NCBI GenBank assembly: GCA_030704615.1
Contig: CM060733.1
Location: 7,440,001-7,504,000 of the forward strand
Origin: Takakia lepidozioides
Taxonomy: Eukaryota > Plantae > Bryophyta
Reading direction: 5' to 3'
Length of the DNA stretch: 64,000 nt
Under the pieces are notes generated by a model. The model did not search any database. It worked only from the letters and a program-made list of their open reading frames with translations, and was not told where the DNA came from. Shown here piece by piece: positions 14,001 to 26,011 of this stretch (the first letter of the stretch is position 1; every line of letters begins with the position of its first letter). The position numbers were made by a program, and so were the translations under genes.

Positions 14001-14780
14001 AAGTGGAAAGGTCTCACGTGGCGGTACTGTTTCTTCCGAGAGTTCTCCCAGGATGGCAATATATTGAGGTCGAACGATTTCGACAGTCAAGTTGGAGGGG
14101 AGTGGGCGATGATGCGTGTTGTTTACAGGTGCAATGCCATATGCCTATCCAACACATTCCTTAAACTTTTGTCATGCCTCATTGAGAGAAGCTTTGTATT
14201 TCTATTCTGCTACACAACAGTATGGTGATGGTCGGTACCGATCATCACATCCATTGCTATGATATTCTCCAGTCAAACAGTTGTCACTGCTGATCATGTC
14301 TTTGTTTCCATCCTTAATCCTGCCTCTGTTATCATCATAGGCAGTCTGTTTCTGATGAATAAAGTGATGGTCGGTGCCGCCATCACATTTCCCATTTGTG
14401 CAGTCTACATAATCATAAGGATTTTCCAACCCATGTTGCATTCTCTCTCATGTGAAAGTGATGATCGCCACTGATCATCACTTTCTTCTGCTTTCTCATA
14501 TCTTGTTTTGGGGGATGGTGTTATTTTGAGCCTCCGCATGTACACTAAATATATGTTGATGGAAGGAAAACACCCGAGCGGAATCCCAGATTCCCTGCCA
14601 ACGATCCCACCATATACACAGCTGGTATCTTGAGGGACTGGAGTCTTGCCCACTTCAGGGACAGTGGATGGTACCTCGACTGCCCTCCAGAGCACACGAC
14701 ATTTCAAGAGCAGCAAATGAAGTATATGAACAACAACATGCGGAGATGCTGGCACCTTTGAACGACGAAGAGTACCAGAG
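11081..14780 (+). pseudogene. ParB/Srx-like plus DNA-MTase-like gene of E1, 5' part
   Basis: Homologous to 30631-36570 (FYVWDGNHRLLAW at 13394, KWKGLTWRYCFFREFS exon). Internal deletion near 13535. Cut by a Gypsy LTR in the codons EEYQR|NIASLAAKEPD. Confidence 0.8.
11551..12872. repeat. Intronic cluster of about 16 palindromes GTGATGRTCG-N4-CGAYCATCAC, partly in about 169-bp tandem units
   Basis: Examples at 11657, 11856, 11922, 12150, 12488 and 12849. Further copies at 14225, 14364, 14458 and 59405. Confidence 0.9.
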
Positions 14781-14822
14781 TGTCGCGCACCTCAATTCGG
14801 TAAGCTCCCCTTCAAGTCATAG
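14781..14822 (-). mobile_element. Gypsy chromovirus 3' LTR, outer 42 bp (continues at 39213-39896 after the E2 insertion)
   Basis: TGTCGCGCACCTCAATTCGGTAAGCTCCCCTTCAAGTCATAG is identical to 55622-55663 and is preceded by TSD CAGAG (14776-14780). Confidence 0.95.
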
Positions 14823-15472
14823 CAACGACGCAATGGCGTGAGCGTTGCACGTGAGCGCGCGAGCGTACGCTCACGCAGGAGTGACGTGGCGTGAGCGTAC
14901 GCTCACGCCAGCTGACGTGGCGTGAGCCTGCACACATGCTGACGTGGCGTGAGCGTCATGTCAGCATGCTGATGTGGCGGTAAATGATGACGTGGCACTG
15001 TCCGTCAACTGCCACGTCAACATTAACATGCGCCGCCTATAACCGTGGATGGTCCTATGACCGTGGAATTAATGCAGGGAATCTTGCCTAAATAGAATCA
15101 AGACGAGCGTTGAGGCCTACAATTGCAGCATCCAACATTGTGCAATTACAAATGTTTGTTTCACTTTTACAATTACGAAGACGACAAAATATCCTCACAA
15201 AGTGTGCGCCATAAAGGCTGCCACGAGAAGACTTCCTCCCTCCTCAAATAACAATGAGAGTTATGATCATCTTCAAAAGATGATTGTAGTGCATAGCGAC
15301 AGCAAGACATGTAGACTTCGAACGGTGCAATGACAAATGTGCACTACCTAAAAGTTGTCACTCAGACCTCACTCCGTATAGTTGGAGGCCATATCATTGC
15401 ACAGCCGACGAATTGATGTGAATTACACATTTCAAATCATGGTCATCCACATACCACATTACGTAGTTCATG

Positions 15473-16638
15473 CTACCCATGTGTTGTATCCCGCTGCAAA
15501 AGAGTATCGACCTCGTTGAAACTCATAGTGGCCTGGTGAATGAAGTTGTCACGTTTGGGATCGCAAACCATCCTCCTCAAAAATATGAAATACAAATGTT
15601 TGCAGGGTATGAATTTACCTCTCTTGCCCAAACTGGTTGATAGCATATTCACAAAATCAGGACATGTGCAATTGGGGAAATTGGAAAACCGTGATGTCGT
15701 AGGTCCTGTCATGAACAGCAGATGTGAAGTGATGATTGTGAATACCCGACCATATCCTGGATCGGGTACTTCCGTGGTGCTTCCGACACGAGCTTGGAGC
15801 ATTCTTGCGGACTCCACTTTGCCAAAGTGTTCAGCGGTTGGAGGGAAACGCCGAACGAGCTTTCCATCTCGTTTGGTTGGCCACAAGTCAGGATTTGCCG
15901 GGGGGACCCGGAGGACGCAGGAGTAGTAGCACATGCATGGAGTTGGGGTTGTCTCGCAAGGGAAAAACCTGCCTCCTCCAGCATTTCAATCTCCTGAAAG
16001 CTGAGATGTGTTCCCACCTTCACGGGCCAAACGGTTGGAGGAGATGGCTTCATCACTACGGAAGGACGCACAGTTCCATGCACACATCTGGCACAATCAT
16101 CTGCGCAGAACCAGAACTTGTGGTTCTTGGCTTCTGGTTGACCGTATGGACGCATCAAGCCCGTGGAAAGTCGGAGCAGGAGTTCGGGCACCACCTCTGG
16201 ATATAGATGAAGTGCACTTCTCGAAATTAGTTGCCCTGATCGCTGTTCATTTCACACGAGACCCGACACTTGTGCGTTCTATGTGCCAAACGTGGTCGGG
16301 GCATGCGGACTCAAGCACATCAAGGGGGTTGTTTCTCTCCTGCACCATTTCAGTGGCACGGTTTGATGCTGGAGCTTGCCGTCGTGTTGGAGGTTCCTCC
16401 ACAATGGAGGTTCCGGACACGGAGCTGTCTGCAGGGGAACACGAGGCTTCGAGATTATCACGGTCTGCCCTGTGGGAATCTGAATCCGAACCAGGTGGAG
16501 TGTTCAATTTCCTCTTACAGGAGCCGAATCTCTCCTCCCCTTCAAGATGTAGAACTCTAGAAACAAGTGGCGTTCCCTGGGCATACATGCTCACCGCCCG
16601 TGCTATCTTGATTGGATCCCCAGATCTGTTTGCAGCAC
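15473..16638 (-). pseudogene. E2 transposase, C-terminal part with SWIM zinc finger
   Basis: HLEGEERFGSCKRKLN, HKFWFCADDCARCV and FPNCTCPDF..FIPCKHLY; collinear with 53700-54922; frameshifted. Confidence 0.85.
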
Positions 16639-17347
16639 TGTCGTGCGCATACATATCGCTACACAACTACATCGCTGTCCAAACCACACCACACATATAT
16701 GCACAATAAAGATAAAGAAGCTTGAAAGGACATACACTCCCAACACAAGAAATATAAAATCCATCGCTATCACTCATTGAAACTGAAGTCGAGCCAGGGG
16801 CACCCCAAGCTATGGGGACTCCACCCCACAACAACCTGTATCCTACATAAGCACACTAAAACCTAAACACATGCAGGAGCTCGGTCGCGCAGGCTCAACT
16901 CGAGAAAGATGAGCTGCGCGACTGCCGCTCTCGTGAAGATAAGACAGACCAGGTGTCAAACTAAACTTGACACCTGATTTAACACTTGACCTAAATCCAA
17001 GTGTTAAATACAAATAACTAGTTTTTATGCTAGCTGTTTTCACACTGTGCTTATTTAACTTGACAGCTGTCGTGCGCATACATATCGCTACACAACTACA
17101 TCGCTGTCCAAACCACACCACACATATATGCACAATAAAGTAGTCTACCACAATCGCCCCCCTAGCTGGTGGATAGGTCCCTCTACCTCCAGATAGCTAC
17201 AAGACGTAATAGCCATAGCCGTACTAAGTCCTCTATCACTGTCCCTATCGTACTCAAACTCTATAGACCAAGAGGCCGGGTACAAGAGTAGCCCCATCGT
17301 TAGTCGCCGTCTTGCAATCTGTGAACTTGAGCCAGGACTTCGTGTAT

Positions 17348-18834
17348 TCAAGGTCTCCTGTAGCTGGGCCTTGCGTTGCTTGTTAGCCTTCCATGGTTGT
17401 ATCCACTCCCACTATCCAATGCATGTGGACATAACCAATCCCCATCCGGAACCATCTCAAGAGGTGGAGTCAAGCATCCCATATGCCAACCTCTAGAGCA
17501 CCGATCACATACCAGCATGGTGGCTGCCCCTTTAGCAGACCCACACAACATGCACCTCAAACCTGCAGATACCACTGCCAGGTTTGGGTCAATCCTGCCA
17601 TCGACATTCGGAAGGTGACATGGCGCACAATTACGCACATGGTCCTTCCAAGTTATGCCATCCCGACCCTCCAAGACCAAGACGCCTGAGGGCAAGACCT
17701 CTCGAACCCTCAAAATAACACGTCCTGCAGTCACATCCAGGGTCGTAGGAGCAGTCTGCTGCAGATAGACATAGTCACCAGGGTTGAATCTCCGAACCCC
17801 AGGACGATAGCCCCCACCACGTATGGTAGCATACCTCAACGTATCACGGTGTTGTGCAATGGCAAGGTTCTCGAAAGCCATGGCATGACTCTCTTGAACA
17901 ACTCTGCACGCTGCTCACATGCACGTGCCCACACGTCCGGATCGTCAAGGTTAAGAACTGTAGCAGCTTCTCTGCGAATGGATGTAGGCAAATCCGGCTC
18001 TCGGCCAAAGAGAAGAAAGTATGGTGAGAAGGAGGCAAGTGATGCTTGCTTGCTGAACCTGTAGCCCATGGCTAACCAGGGTAACTGAAGGTCCCAATCT
18101 CCTAGGTGTCCCTTCTGCAAGCCATACTTGCGCAAACCCCTCTTTACTGTCTGAACAACTCTCTCTGCCAAGCCATCGGCTTCAGGATGATCCCGAGAAG
18201 TGGTGCGGTGGTCTATCAAGGCCTTGTCACACAAAGCCTGAAACTCCCCCAAGAACTCTCTCCCTTGGTCCGTGAGTACCTCAGCTGGAGCACCGAATCG
18301 GCTAAGCACACAATCCAGGAATGCATACGCAGCTCCCTCACTAGCCTTATCAGGCAATGGAACCAATTCAATCCACTTGGAGAAGTGCTCCACCATCACC
18401 AACACGTACTTGTTGTGGCGCATGGTCAGTGGCAACGGCCCTGCGAAGTCAAGACTCCACCTGTAGCCCAATCCCATGATCGGAAGAGGGTGCAATTGTG
18501 GAGTAGGGGCGTTGAATGAAGCACGCACCCTGTCACACACCATGCACCTAGCCACAAATTGTTGCACCTCTGTGTGCATACCACGCCACCAATACTGCCC
18601 CTGCAGTAGACTATGAGTGCGTCGCACCCCAAAATGCCCCAACTCCTCATGGGCATGCCGCACTAACCGTGCCCGCTGTGTTGGGTGAGGCACAATCCTC
18701 ACTCGACCATCCTCCCACACTCGGAGCAGGTGTGTCCCCTCCCACCTGAACCTCTTGGCTCGTTGTAGGATCCGATCCCTCTCCTTGGCAGTCATAGTGG
18801 CTGCCGTGTCTCCACTGCGGAGGTAGTCCAACAC
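17348..18834 (-). CDS. Gypsy integrase (HHCC zinc finger, DDE core, GPY/F-like region) with C-terminal PHD finger; frameshift near 17880
   Basis: HEELGH...CMVC, WSLDFAGP, VLTDQGREF, GLAER; then CMLCGS..MLVCDRCSRGWHMGCLTPPLEMVPDGDWLCP (C4HC3 PHD) at about 17423-17554. Confidence 0.92.
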
Positions 18835-20384
18835 AACTGAATCCTCATGTATATCTTTGGCGCCACCTGCTCATTGCTGGCCTCAGGGTCCTCAGACACT
18901 TGATCTACAGTCATCCCTGTTGTAGGTCCAACCTGGCCTTCCGCTGCCAAGATACACAGAAATGCAGATGCATGCCATCCGGGCACCATCTCCTCGTCCG
19001 TCTCACCATGCCACCGAGCTCCAGTGTCATCCTGCTGGCTCGTGCATGGATTGCGACTCAACCCATCTGCATTTCGATTGACCAAACCCGGTCGATGCAC
19101 CACCTGAAAGTCATACTCTTGAAGGATGAGTGCCCACCGTGCAAGCTTCCCCGTAAGCTTGTCTGACTCCATCAACCACTTGAGTGGTTGGTGATCCGTG
19201 ACAAGGGTGAAGAGATTGCCGTATAGATAGCACCTGAAGTGTGCCACGGCCCACACTGCAGCTAAGCATTCTCCCTCATATGAGCTATACTTAGACTCTG
19301 CAGCATTGTTCGAGCGGCTAGCATAAGCCACTACGAACTCTCTTCCCTCATCATCCACCTGTGTGAGCACCGCTCCAAGCCCCAGCATGCTCCAATCTGT
19401 ATGCAGCTGAAAAGGACGCCCCCTGATAGGTCGTCTCAAGATGGGCGCCGAGGTCAACCTCGCCTTGAGCTCTTGAAAAGCTTGTTCTTGCTCATCTTCC
19501 CACTGCCACTCCTGGTCCACCTTGGTCAGCTTGGTTAGAGCCTTTGCAATGGCACTAAATCCCTTAACAAACCGTCTGTAATAGTTTGCTAACCCCATGA
19601 AAGCTCGAACTCGGCTCACATCCGTGGGACGTGGAACCTGTGCAATGGACTCTACCTTAGTCTGCTGTACCCCCAATCCTCCAGGATATATCATGTGACC
19701 CAGGTACTCAATCTGGTTGTGGAAAAACTTGCACTTGCCCGGATGTAACTTCAATCCGTGCGTCCTCAAGCGCTCAAATACCCCCTGAAGGTGTCTCTCA
19801 TGCTCCTCCACCGCAGCACTAAAGATGATGATGTCATCTATGTAGCACCGAGCAAACTCCACCCCTGCTAGAATCCTGTCCATGACTCTTTGAAACTCAG
19901 CGGGAGCGTTTTTAAGCCCAAATGGTAAGAACCGCCACTGGTATAGGCAATCCTTCCCGTGCTCATTGATCCCCCAGAATGCCGTCTTTTGCTTATCCGC
20001 CTCCTTGATCGGCAACTGGTGATATCCGGATCGTAAATCCAACGTGCTAAAGACCTTGGAATGCCCAATGGCATCAAAGATCTCCTCTGGTGTTGGCATG
20101 GCATACCTATCGGACTTGGTCTGACGATTTACAGGCCGGTAATCACCGCACATACGTCTCTCCGTCCAATTGCCATAGACATCCTTCTTAGCTGGCATCA
20201 CTGTGGCTGAAGCATACTCTCCACCAGAGAGCTCCACCAAACCTGCCTCCCAGAGATCTTGAGTCCTCATCTGAATCAAAGACCTCTCCATGTCACTGTA
20301 TCTATAGGGTCTCCGAAAGATTGGCGTGTCAGTGGCCAACTCAATACGGATCTCTTGACCCTTCAGTGCTCCCAAGTCCTTCAA
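18792..20384 (-). CDS. Gypsy reverse transcriptase plus RNase H
   Basis: [61 protein letters not shown]. Confidence 0.96.
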   Translation of the reverse strand: MKDLGALKGQEIRIELATDTPIFRRPYRYSDMERSLIQMRTQDLWEAGLVELSGGEYASATVMPAKKDVYGNWTERRMCGDYRPVNRQTKSDRYAMPTPEEIFDAIGHSKVFSTLDLRSGYHQLPIKEADKQKTAFWGINEHGKDCLYQWRFLPFGLKNAPAEFQRVMDRILAGVEFARCYIDDIIIFSAAVEEHERHLQGVFERLRTHGLKLHPGKCKFFHNQIEYLGHMIYPGGLGVQQTKVESIAQVPRPTDVSRVRAFMGLANYYRRFVKGFSAIAKALTKLTKVDQEWQWEDEQEQAFQELKARLTSAPILRRPIRGRPFQLHTDWSMLGLGAVLTQVDDEGREFVVAYASRSNNAAESKYSSYEGECLAAVWAVAHFRCYLYGNLFTLVTDHQPLKWLMESDKLTGKLARWALILQEYDFQVVHRPGLVNRNADGLSRNPCTSQQDDTGARWHGETDEEMVPGWHASAFLCILAAEGQVGPTTGMTVDQVSEDPEASNEQVAPKIYMRIQLCWTTSAVETRQPL

Positions 20385-20849
20385 ACTGAAGGCAAAGCAA
20401 TTCCTGTAAGCCCTCAGGAACCGCCGTATACGTCGTCTCTCTCCTCCGGTGACAATGGGTCCAATATCAGGCTCCCAATTGTCCTCCGTAACTGCAACCT
20501 TAAGTCCAGTGGGCTTAGAGGTAGAGGACGCGTCCCGTGGTTGCTATGCTGCAACCTCTTGAGCAGTACCCCCTTCCTGCTCAGTCAATGACAAGGCCTC
20601 ATCCTGCCCCATCATCTCATCATTGAGAACCTCCTCATCCCGAGAAGAATCCCCAACCTCATCCATCACAGCTGCCTTCGCTGCCAACTCCCTCTGAACC
20701 TCGAGCACCTCCCACATGTGCCATGGATGTCTACACCTCGTGGTCCTCACCGGCTCGCCCCCACTCGCTGCCTGTACCGTCTCGGTAGGCAGAGAGACCA
20801 TCAAGGGAAGTGCACTCCGCACTCTACGTTGCTCAGCCATAGCCAAGCT

Positions 20850-21810
20850 GACAATCCAGGTCAAGCAATTGAGATCCATTGCTTGCCCCAACACCTGACG
20901 ACGTGATGCCTCAGAAAGAGAAGGCACCGCCGTGGTCCCAGTGGAAAACCCCATAGCCCGCTTCGCTCGTCGGCATTAGGCTCCACTAACTGCTGCAACT
21001 GCAACTGAGCATCCCACAGGAGGCCAGGTCCACCATCCCGAAAAGCATGGGATCCTGGGAAGCTGAGCAGTGTAGGTAATGCTGCTCGTGGTTGACCCAC
21101 CCTGTTGACCACTGCCAAAGGCGAACGGTCATCGTGTCTCACACGTTGAGACTGCCTTCCTGTGTCCAAAATGCCATCCACGGTGAGGTGTGCTGGCCGC
21201 TGCACCCCATCAAATGCACGCTTGAGCAGTGCGGGTGGCATCAAGTTAGTCCACCATAGTCGTGGACGATGAGCCCGTGACCCCACTGCAGCTGCATCCA
21301 GCAACACTGCTGACCCAAGCCACGACCGGACTTGATGCACACTGGCCATCACCCTGGCCCGAGAATCACCCATCAGTGGTACATTCTCCAAGATGTATGC
21401 TGGAGATACAGCTTGATGAAGCTGCAAGCAGCGCAAAATCCGCACCATCTCCCAAAACAGACCCGTCCTCGAGTCTCGCAATCCATTGCCATGCCCGCTG
21501 ATGAATGCCCTTGGCAGGGCCAACCTGCCACTATCAGATCAATGGAGCCAACCTGCTCCAAATCTTGCGCCCCCAACAAGGAAATGTCTGCTGGCAAGGC
21601 TTGTGGTATCCACGAACTGCAGACACAGGCAACAAGTCAGGGTACTGCTGTACCAACTGAGCCACATGGCGCAGTGAGACACGTCGTGCAGTCTCATCCC
21701 TCTCCACATACAGGTAACGCCTTACCCGCACACCTGCCTGTAGCACAGCAGCCAATCCGGTGCTGATCCCGCCAAACAAGTCCAGAAGGCAAATGCCTTC
21801 ATCCGGCCGC
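20850..21810 (-). CDS. C5-cytosine DNA methyltransferase domain within the Gypsy polyprotein (split by about three frameshifts)
   Basis: Motif I LLDLFGGIS, motif II YLYVERD, motif IV IVAGWPCQGHS, motif VI ILENV, motif VIII AHRPRLWWTNL and motifs IX-X MGF...RRQVLGQAM, in canonical order across ORFs 21534-22196, 21373-21597, 20861-21523 and 20544-20954. Confidence 0.92.
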
Positions 21811-21865
21811 TGCCACACAAGAGGTGTGGTGTCCAATGGCGACAACTGAGGTGGCCCTGGTGCAA

Positions 21866-24751
21866 TCACCGCACTCTCCTCCTCTCCTGACGGTACAAAA
21901 GCTTCTTCCCAAGCTTGTTGCACCCGTCCATCAGCAGCTTGCTGCAAATCCTTGCTCGTACCCCACAACGGAGTGTGAGCAACCATGGCAGGCAACTCCG
22001 CCGTACCATGCATGTCATCCTGCTCTGCTGGAGGTGGCACATCCTCTGCATGGGCATTGCCTTCCAGCAACTCTCCAGGCCAACTAACGCAGCTGTGAAG
22101 GCGGCTAGTGTTGGCATCTTGCCCCGCTGGGCAGCTGCAATACCCCCAATGAATGTCACAGGGAGCTGTGCACGGCGACCATCCCCTGACTGCCATCCAG
22201 GCCTGTAGGATGCTGACTCCTCCCAGAAATCCAGGGTGAAGCCCATGGGGTATAACACTGCCCCACCAACGAGGACATCGTAAGAGACCGCGTCTGTCAC
22301 AATGGCCTTGGCTCGCATCACTGAGCCATCTACAGGATGATCCGGCTGCAGTCTAATAGCCAACTGATGCCGTGTCATGCCGCGAGCCTGCTCTGATCCT
22401 CCCAGAGATGTCTGTATCTGGAAAGGACAAGGCTCCATATCCGCCTCCATGAGGCCCAAACCTGCAATAGCAGCTCTGCCCAACATCAGTGGCTGAGCTC
22501 CTGAGTCCAACAAGACCCGCAGTGGCCGGTACTTCTTGCCTGCCGGTCCACTCAAAGTGAAAATGCCTCCCTGGTTGTCTAACAAGACAACTCCAGGTGT
22601 CACCATGGCGCGCTCAAAGGCTGGCCTAGCTGGCAGCTCCGTCAACCTGGCAGCTGCAGCTTGCCAGGGCGCTGCCGTGGCAGTCTTGACCCTCAAATCC
22701 GAGGATCCCTCTGCCACTACACCTTCCACTAACTCCGCAGAAGATGAAGTGACCTCTCCACTCTCGCAGAGTGTTGCTGCTAGTCTGAACACTGCAGCTG
22801 GTCTCACTCCCGGCGTCGCAATCATGGTCGCCGAGAACAGTGGGGCTTGACACACAGAGGTGGCTGCTCCCAATAACACACCGGCTGCACTAGCCTTGGT
22901 AGTAGGTGTCAGTGCTGCACGGGTAGCTCTCCCCAATGGCATAGTAACCTCCGCCTCGGTAACAGTCGGGCGAGAACTAGGTGCCATGGATGGCGTTGAC
23001 ACTGTCTCCGCCAAGGTGAATGACTGAGGCAGCCTTGCCTGACGGCTTGCCTCCCCACGTTGTGGATCCAATTCCACCTCTGCACCTCGTGGCTCAGGAA
23101 CTCGTGTTGCTCCTCGAGTCACGGCTGCAGCAGACTCCACTGCTCTAATGGTAGTGCTGCTCCGCACATGAATCCCATTCCGCCCATATCTCCTCCCTCA
23201 GGAGCAGGAGGTGGGCCATCCCGCCTGGGAGCCGGTACCGCCTGAGCTATAGCCATGGCAGCGAGCCTCTGCTCTAGCTGCTGAAGCCGATTGGCCATGC
23301 CTTGGTCAACACCCTGACCTCCGCGTCCTTGGCCATGTGGAGGTTGCCCTTGGCCTGCACCTCGTGCCCGACCACCTCGTCCTCTTTGGGCTGGTCCACC
23401 TCGCCCCCGGCCACCATTGTTCCCTTGGAACTGGCCTGGGCACAACTCAGGATGCAAGTCATAACACTGGGCATCTCCATGCCCATACTTGCCACAATGC
23501 CCACACTGCAACTGTGCAGGCTGTGCTTGTGCCGGCCTTCTGCCACTCTCTGGGCAATCTCTCTTGACATGGGGTCCTCCACATGTCCAACATATCACCC
23601 CTGGTTGCTGTTGGCCTGCAAAAGATGCCACGGGCCTCTGCACCTGAGGTCCCCTGTAAGCTCCATGGAACTTGGGCTGGGCAACCTTGCCCCCTGACCA
23701 CGCTGTTGGGCAGTCCCTTGTGCTTGTGGGCTGACAGCTGTGCCCCGTACAGGCATGTCCTTGCCAAATCCAATTGTAACCACTCGCTCCTCCACCATGT
23801 TGAGCTCAATCCGCTCAGCCAGCAGAAACACATCTGCTAATGTGGGTTGGGCTGCTTGTAACAGGGTTGCATCTCGCACCCTTCTCTTGAGCTCCTTGTC
23901 CAGAATTCCATACCAAAACTGGATTGCCTGAGCTTCAGTAACCCCTTGGGTCACACTTATCAAGCGCCTCATACGAGTGTACGCCTCTCGCAGGCTCTCA
24001 CTGGGTTTGCGCTGGAAGTCTTGCAAACTTCGCAGCTTCTCTGTCCGTACACCTTGGTAGTTCCTCCGCAACTCCTGGAAGAACTCCACCACCGGGTTGA
24101 ATCTAGGCACATGTGTTGTAGCTGTGGCAGGAGGAGTAGTAGCACCTTCTGAACTGGTACCACCGGCAGAAGTACCAGCACTACTGCTCCACTACTAGTG
24201 CTGGCAGTGGGAGCTATTGGTACTGATGCAGCTACTGGTCGCGTCATGCCTCGAGTAATGGAGATGTAGTCAGGTGACCAATACATCCTCCACTCCTCAA
24301 TCTCTGCTTCATGTCCTCGCCTGAACTCGTGGTAATCGTCCATAGGCGGGCCTTCCAAATGCTGGAACAGTCCCTTCCATGCCATGAATGGGGTGAATAG
24401 ATGTGGATTGCGCATCTGCTGCAAATCACACCAGCTGTCGAACTCCTGGATAAAGTCATCCAACTCGATTGTGCCCACAGCTCCAGAGTACCTACGAGGC
24501 CCCTTGGTAGCTCCATACATCTCCTCCATGTCGTCCCACAACAATGGCGAATGAAAGTGCACACCTGTTGATGAAGCCTCCGAGCCTGTGTCTGACTCTA
24601 CAGTAATTGAGGGTGGCGGTGAAGGTGGTCTGAACCGAATACCTCGTCTTGTGAACCCACTCTCACTGTTACTGCCTGTAGCCGTACTCCCCTCAAAACC
24701 CTTGGGTAACTCCGTAATGACACTCACAATGTGCACCTCCTCCAGTGACAC
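21866..24751 (-). CDS. Gypsy gag (capsid-like domain, zinc knuckles) and aspartic protease; frameshifted
   Basis: FQRKPSESLREAYTRM gag text, CWTCGGPHVKRDC and CGHCGKYGHGDAQC knuckles, VLLDSGAQP protease and YDVLVGG. Confidence 0.88.
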
Positions 24752-25261
24752 TATAAGGCTCTAGTACTAATCTAATAGTGACACGGTGGGCACCTGTTGC
24801 AGTCTAAGGGTCATATCCCAGTGGCTCAGGGCACCTGCACCTGCATCCACCGCAAGAACTCCTATGGTTGGCTGGTCATCAACCCAGCCTCACCATAGAA
24901 GAAACACTGGTGGTCTTGCTGGTCATCACTCCAGCCTCACCACCGACAGCATACTCTAGGATTGACCGGTGATCAAATCCGGCCTAATCCCTATGAAAGC
25001 AAGCGCCCACACAAAACCAACATGGCGCACAGTCAAGCATGCAGGTGTTGGGGGGATCCAAACACACGAAATCAAAACATCAACACCCCCACACCAAAAT
25101 CCAGCAGCAACGCTGATCCTGCAGAATATCCCAGCCCAAGACCCCGGACTGACTGGCCTCCACCAAGAGAGGCTTTGGCAACTACAAGTACAAGGTAATG
25201 AAAATAGTACAGAGATGGAGGGGAAGAATAGAAGCCCGCCCAAGCAAGATCTAATCCTGAT

Positions 25262-26011
25262 CTATGCTATCAACTTCCAGACTTCTCTCAAAGTGCCTCG
25301 CTCTGCTTGATGGTAAGGTGTAGGAGGTATATCTATGTCCAGAAACCTGCCACTAACCTTGTCCCAAGCTACAGTAGCTCGCTCTAACCAACCCTCCTCC
25401 TCTTTCTGCCAGGTAGAGACAAAGCAACACTCTGCTATCTCCCGCTCACTGAACACTAAAGAAAACAAAGGTAGGGTCTGATAGTCTCTCAACTCGAAAG
25501 CTTTGAGACGGTTGCGGGTGTCTTCATTGCGAATGACTGGATCGCCTTCAAACAGAACAAACTTGTCCTCGCTAATGAACCCCCGCTCGTGGTTGCCTTG
25601 TGCAGAGCGTGTCCGACTGCAACACTGTCTAATTGCACAAACTTGTGCAGCTCCTGCTCCTCTGCTCCAGTACACCACGGCCTTGTGGCTGAACACCTTG
25701 GTCCCCGGGGCTGTCTTTGGCTGTGTTCCAAGCCTAGCTTTCACCCACTTTGGTATTTCACTTACAGCTGCAGAACTGCTGGCTCCAACAGAGTTCTGAC
25801 TGTCCAAGGCGATATTGAGGCCCTCAATGCCAACTACAGCAGTCTGTTGTCTACTGCTAATGCCTGACTCCCAGTATGCAATCAACTCGTCCAACTGTTC
25901 TCCACTCAAATCAGTCTGAGTTCCTTGGGAAACATAGATCCTGTCCCCTTGTGTGCACAGGCTAAGAGAAGAGACCTGCCCTTCAATTACGTCCTCATTT
26001 CCCCCAGCCAT
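25262..26011 (-). CDS. Extra 249-aa ORF upstream of gag, function unknown
   Basis: Intact ATG-started ORF on the element's sense strand between the 5' repeat and gag; no motif recognised. Confidence 0.5.
   Translation of the reverse strand: MAGGNEDVIEGQVSSLSLCTQGDRIYVSQGTQTDLSGEQLDELIAYWESGISSRQQTAVVGIEGLNIALDSQNSVGASSSAAVSEIPKWVKARLGTQPKTAPGTKVFSHKAVVYWSRGAGAAQVCAIRQCCSRTRSAQGNHERGFISEDKFVLFEGDPVIRNEDTRNRLKAFELRDYQTLPLFSLVFSEREIAECCFVSTWQKEEEGWLERATVAWDKVSGRFLDIDIPPTPYHQAERGTLREVWKLIA

Larger units (their letters stand above)
6085..14780. mobile_element. Mutator-like element E1, left arm (right arm is inverted at 57837-60343)
   Basis: Starts CAACGAGGCATGCGTGAGC, matching the E2 terminus CAACGACGCAATGGCGTGAGC. 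Collinear with E2 over both genes. Interrupted at 14780 by a Gypsy LTR (TSD CAGAG). Degenerate 9-bp TSD: TCCTAACAC (6076-6084) vs CTTTAACAC (reverse complement of 57828-57836). Confidence 0.85.
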
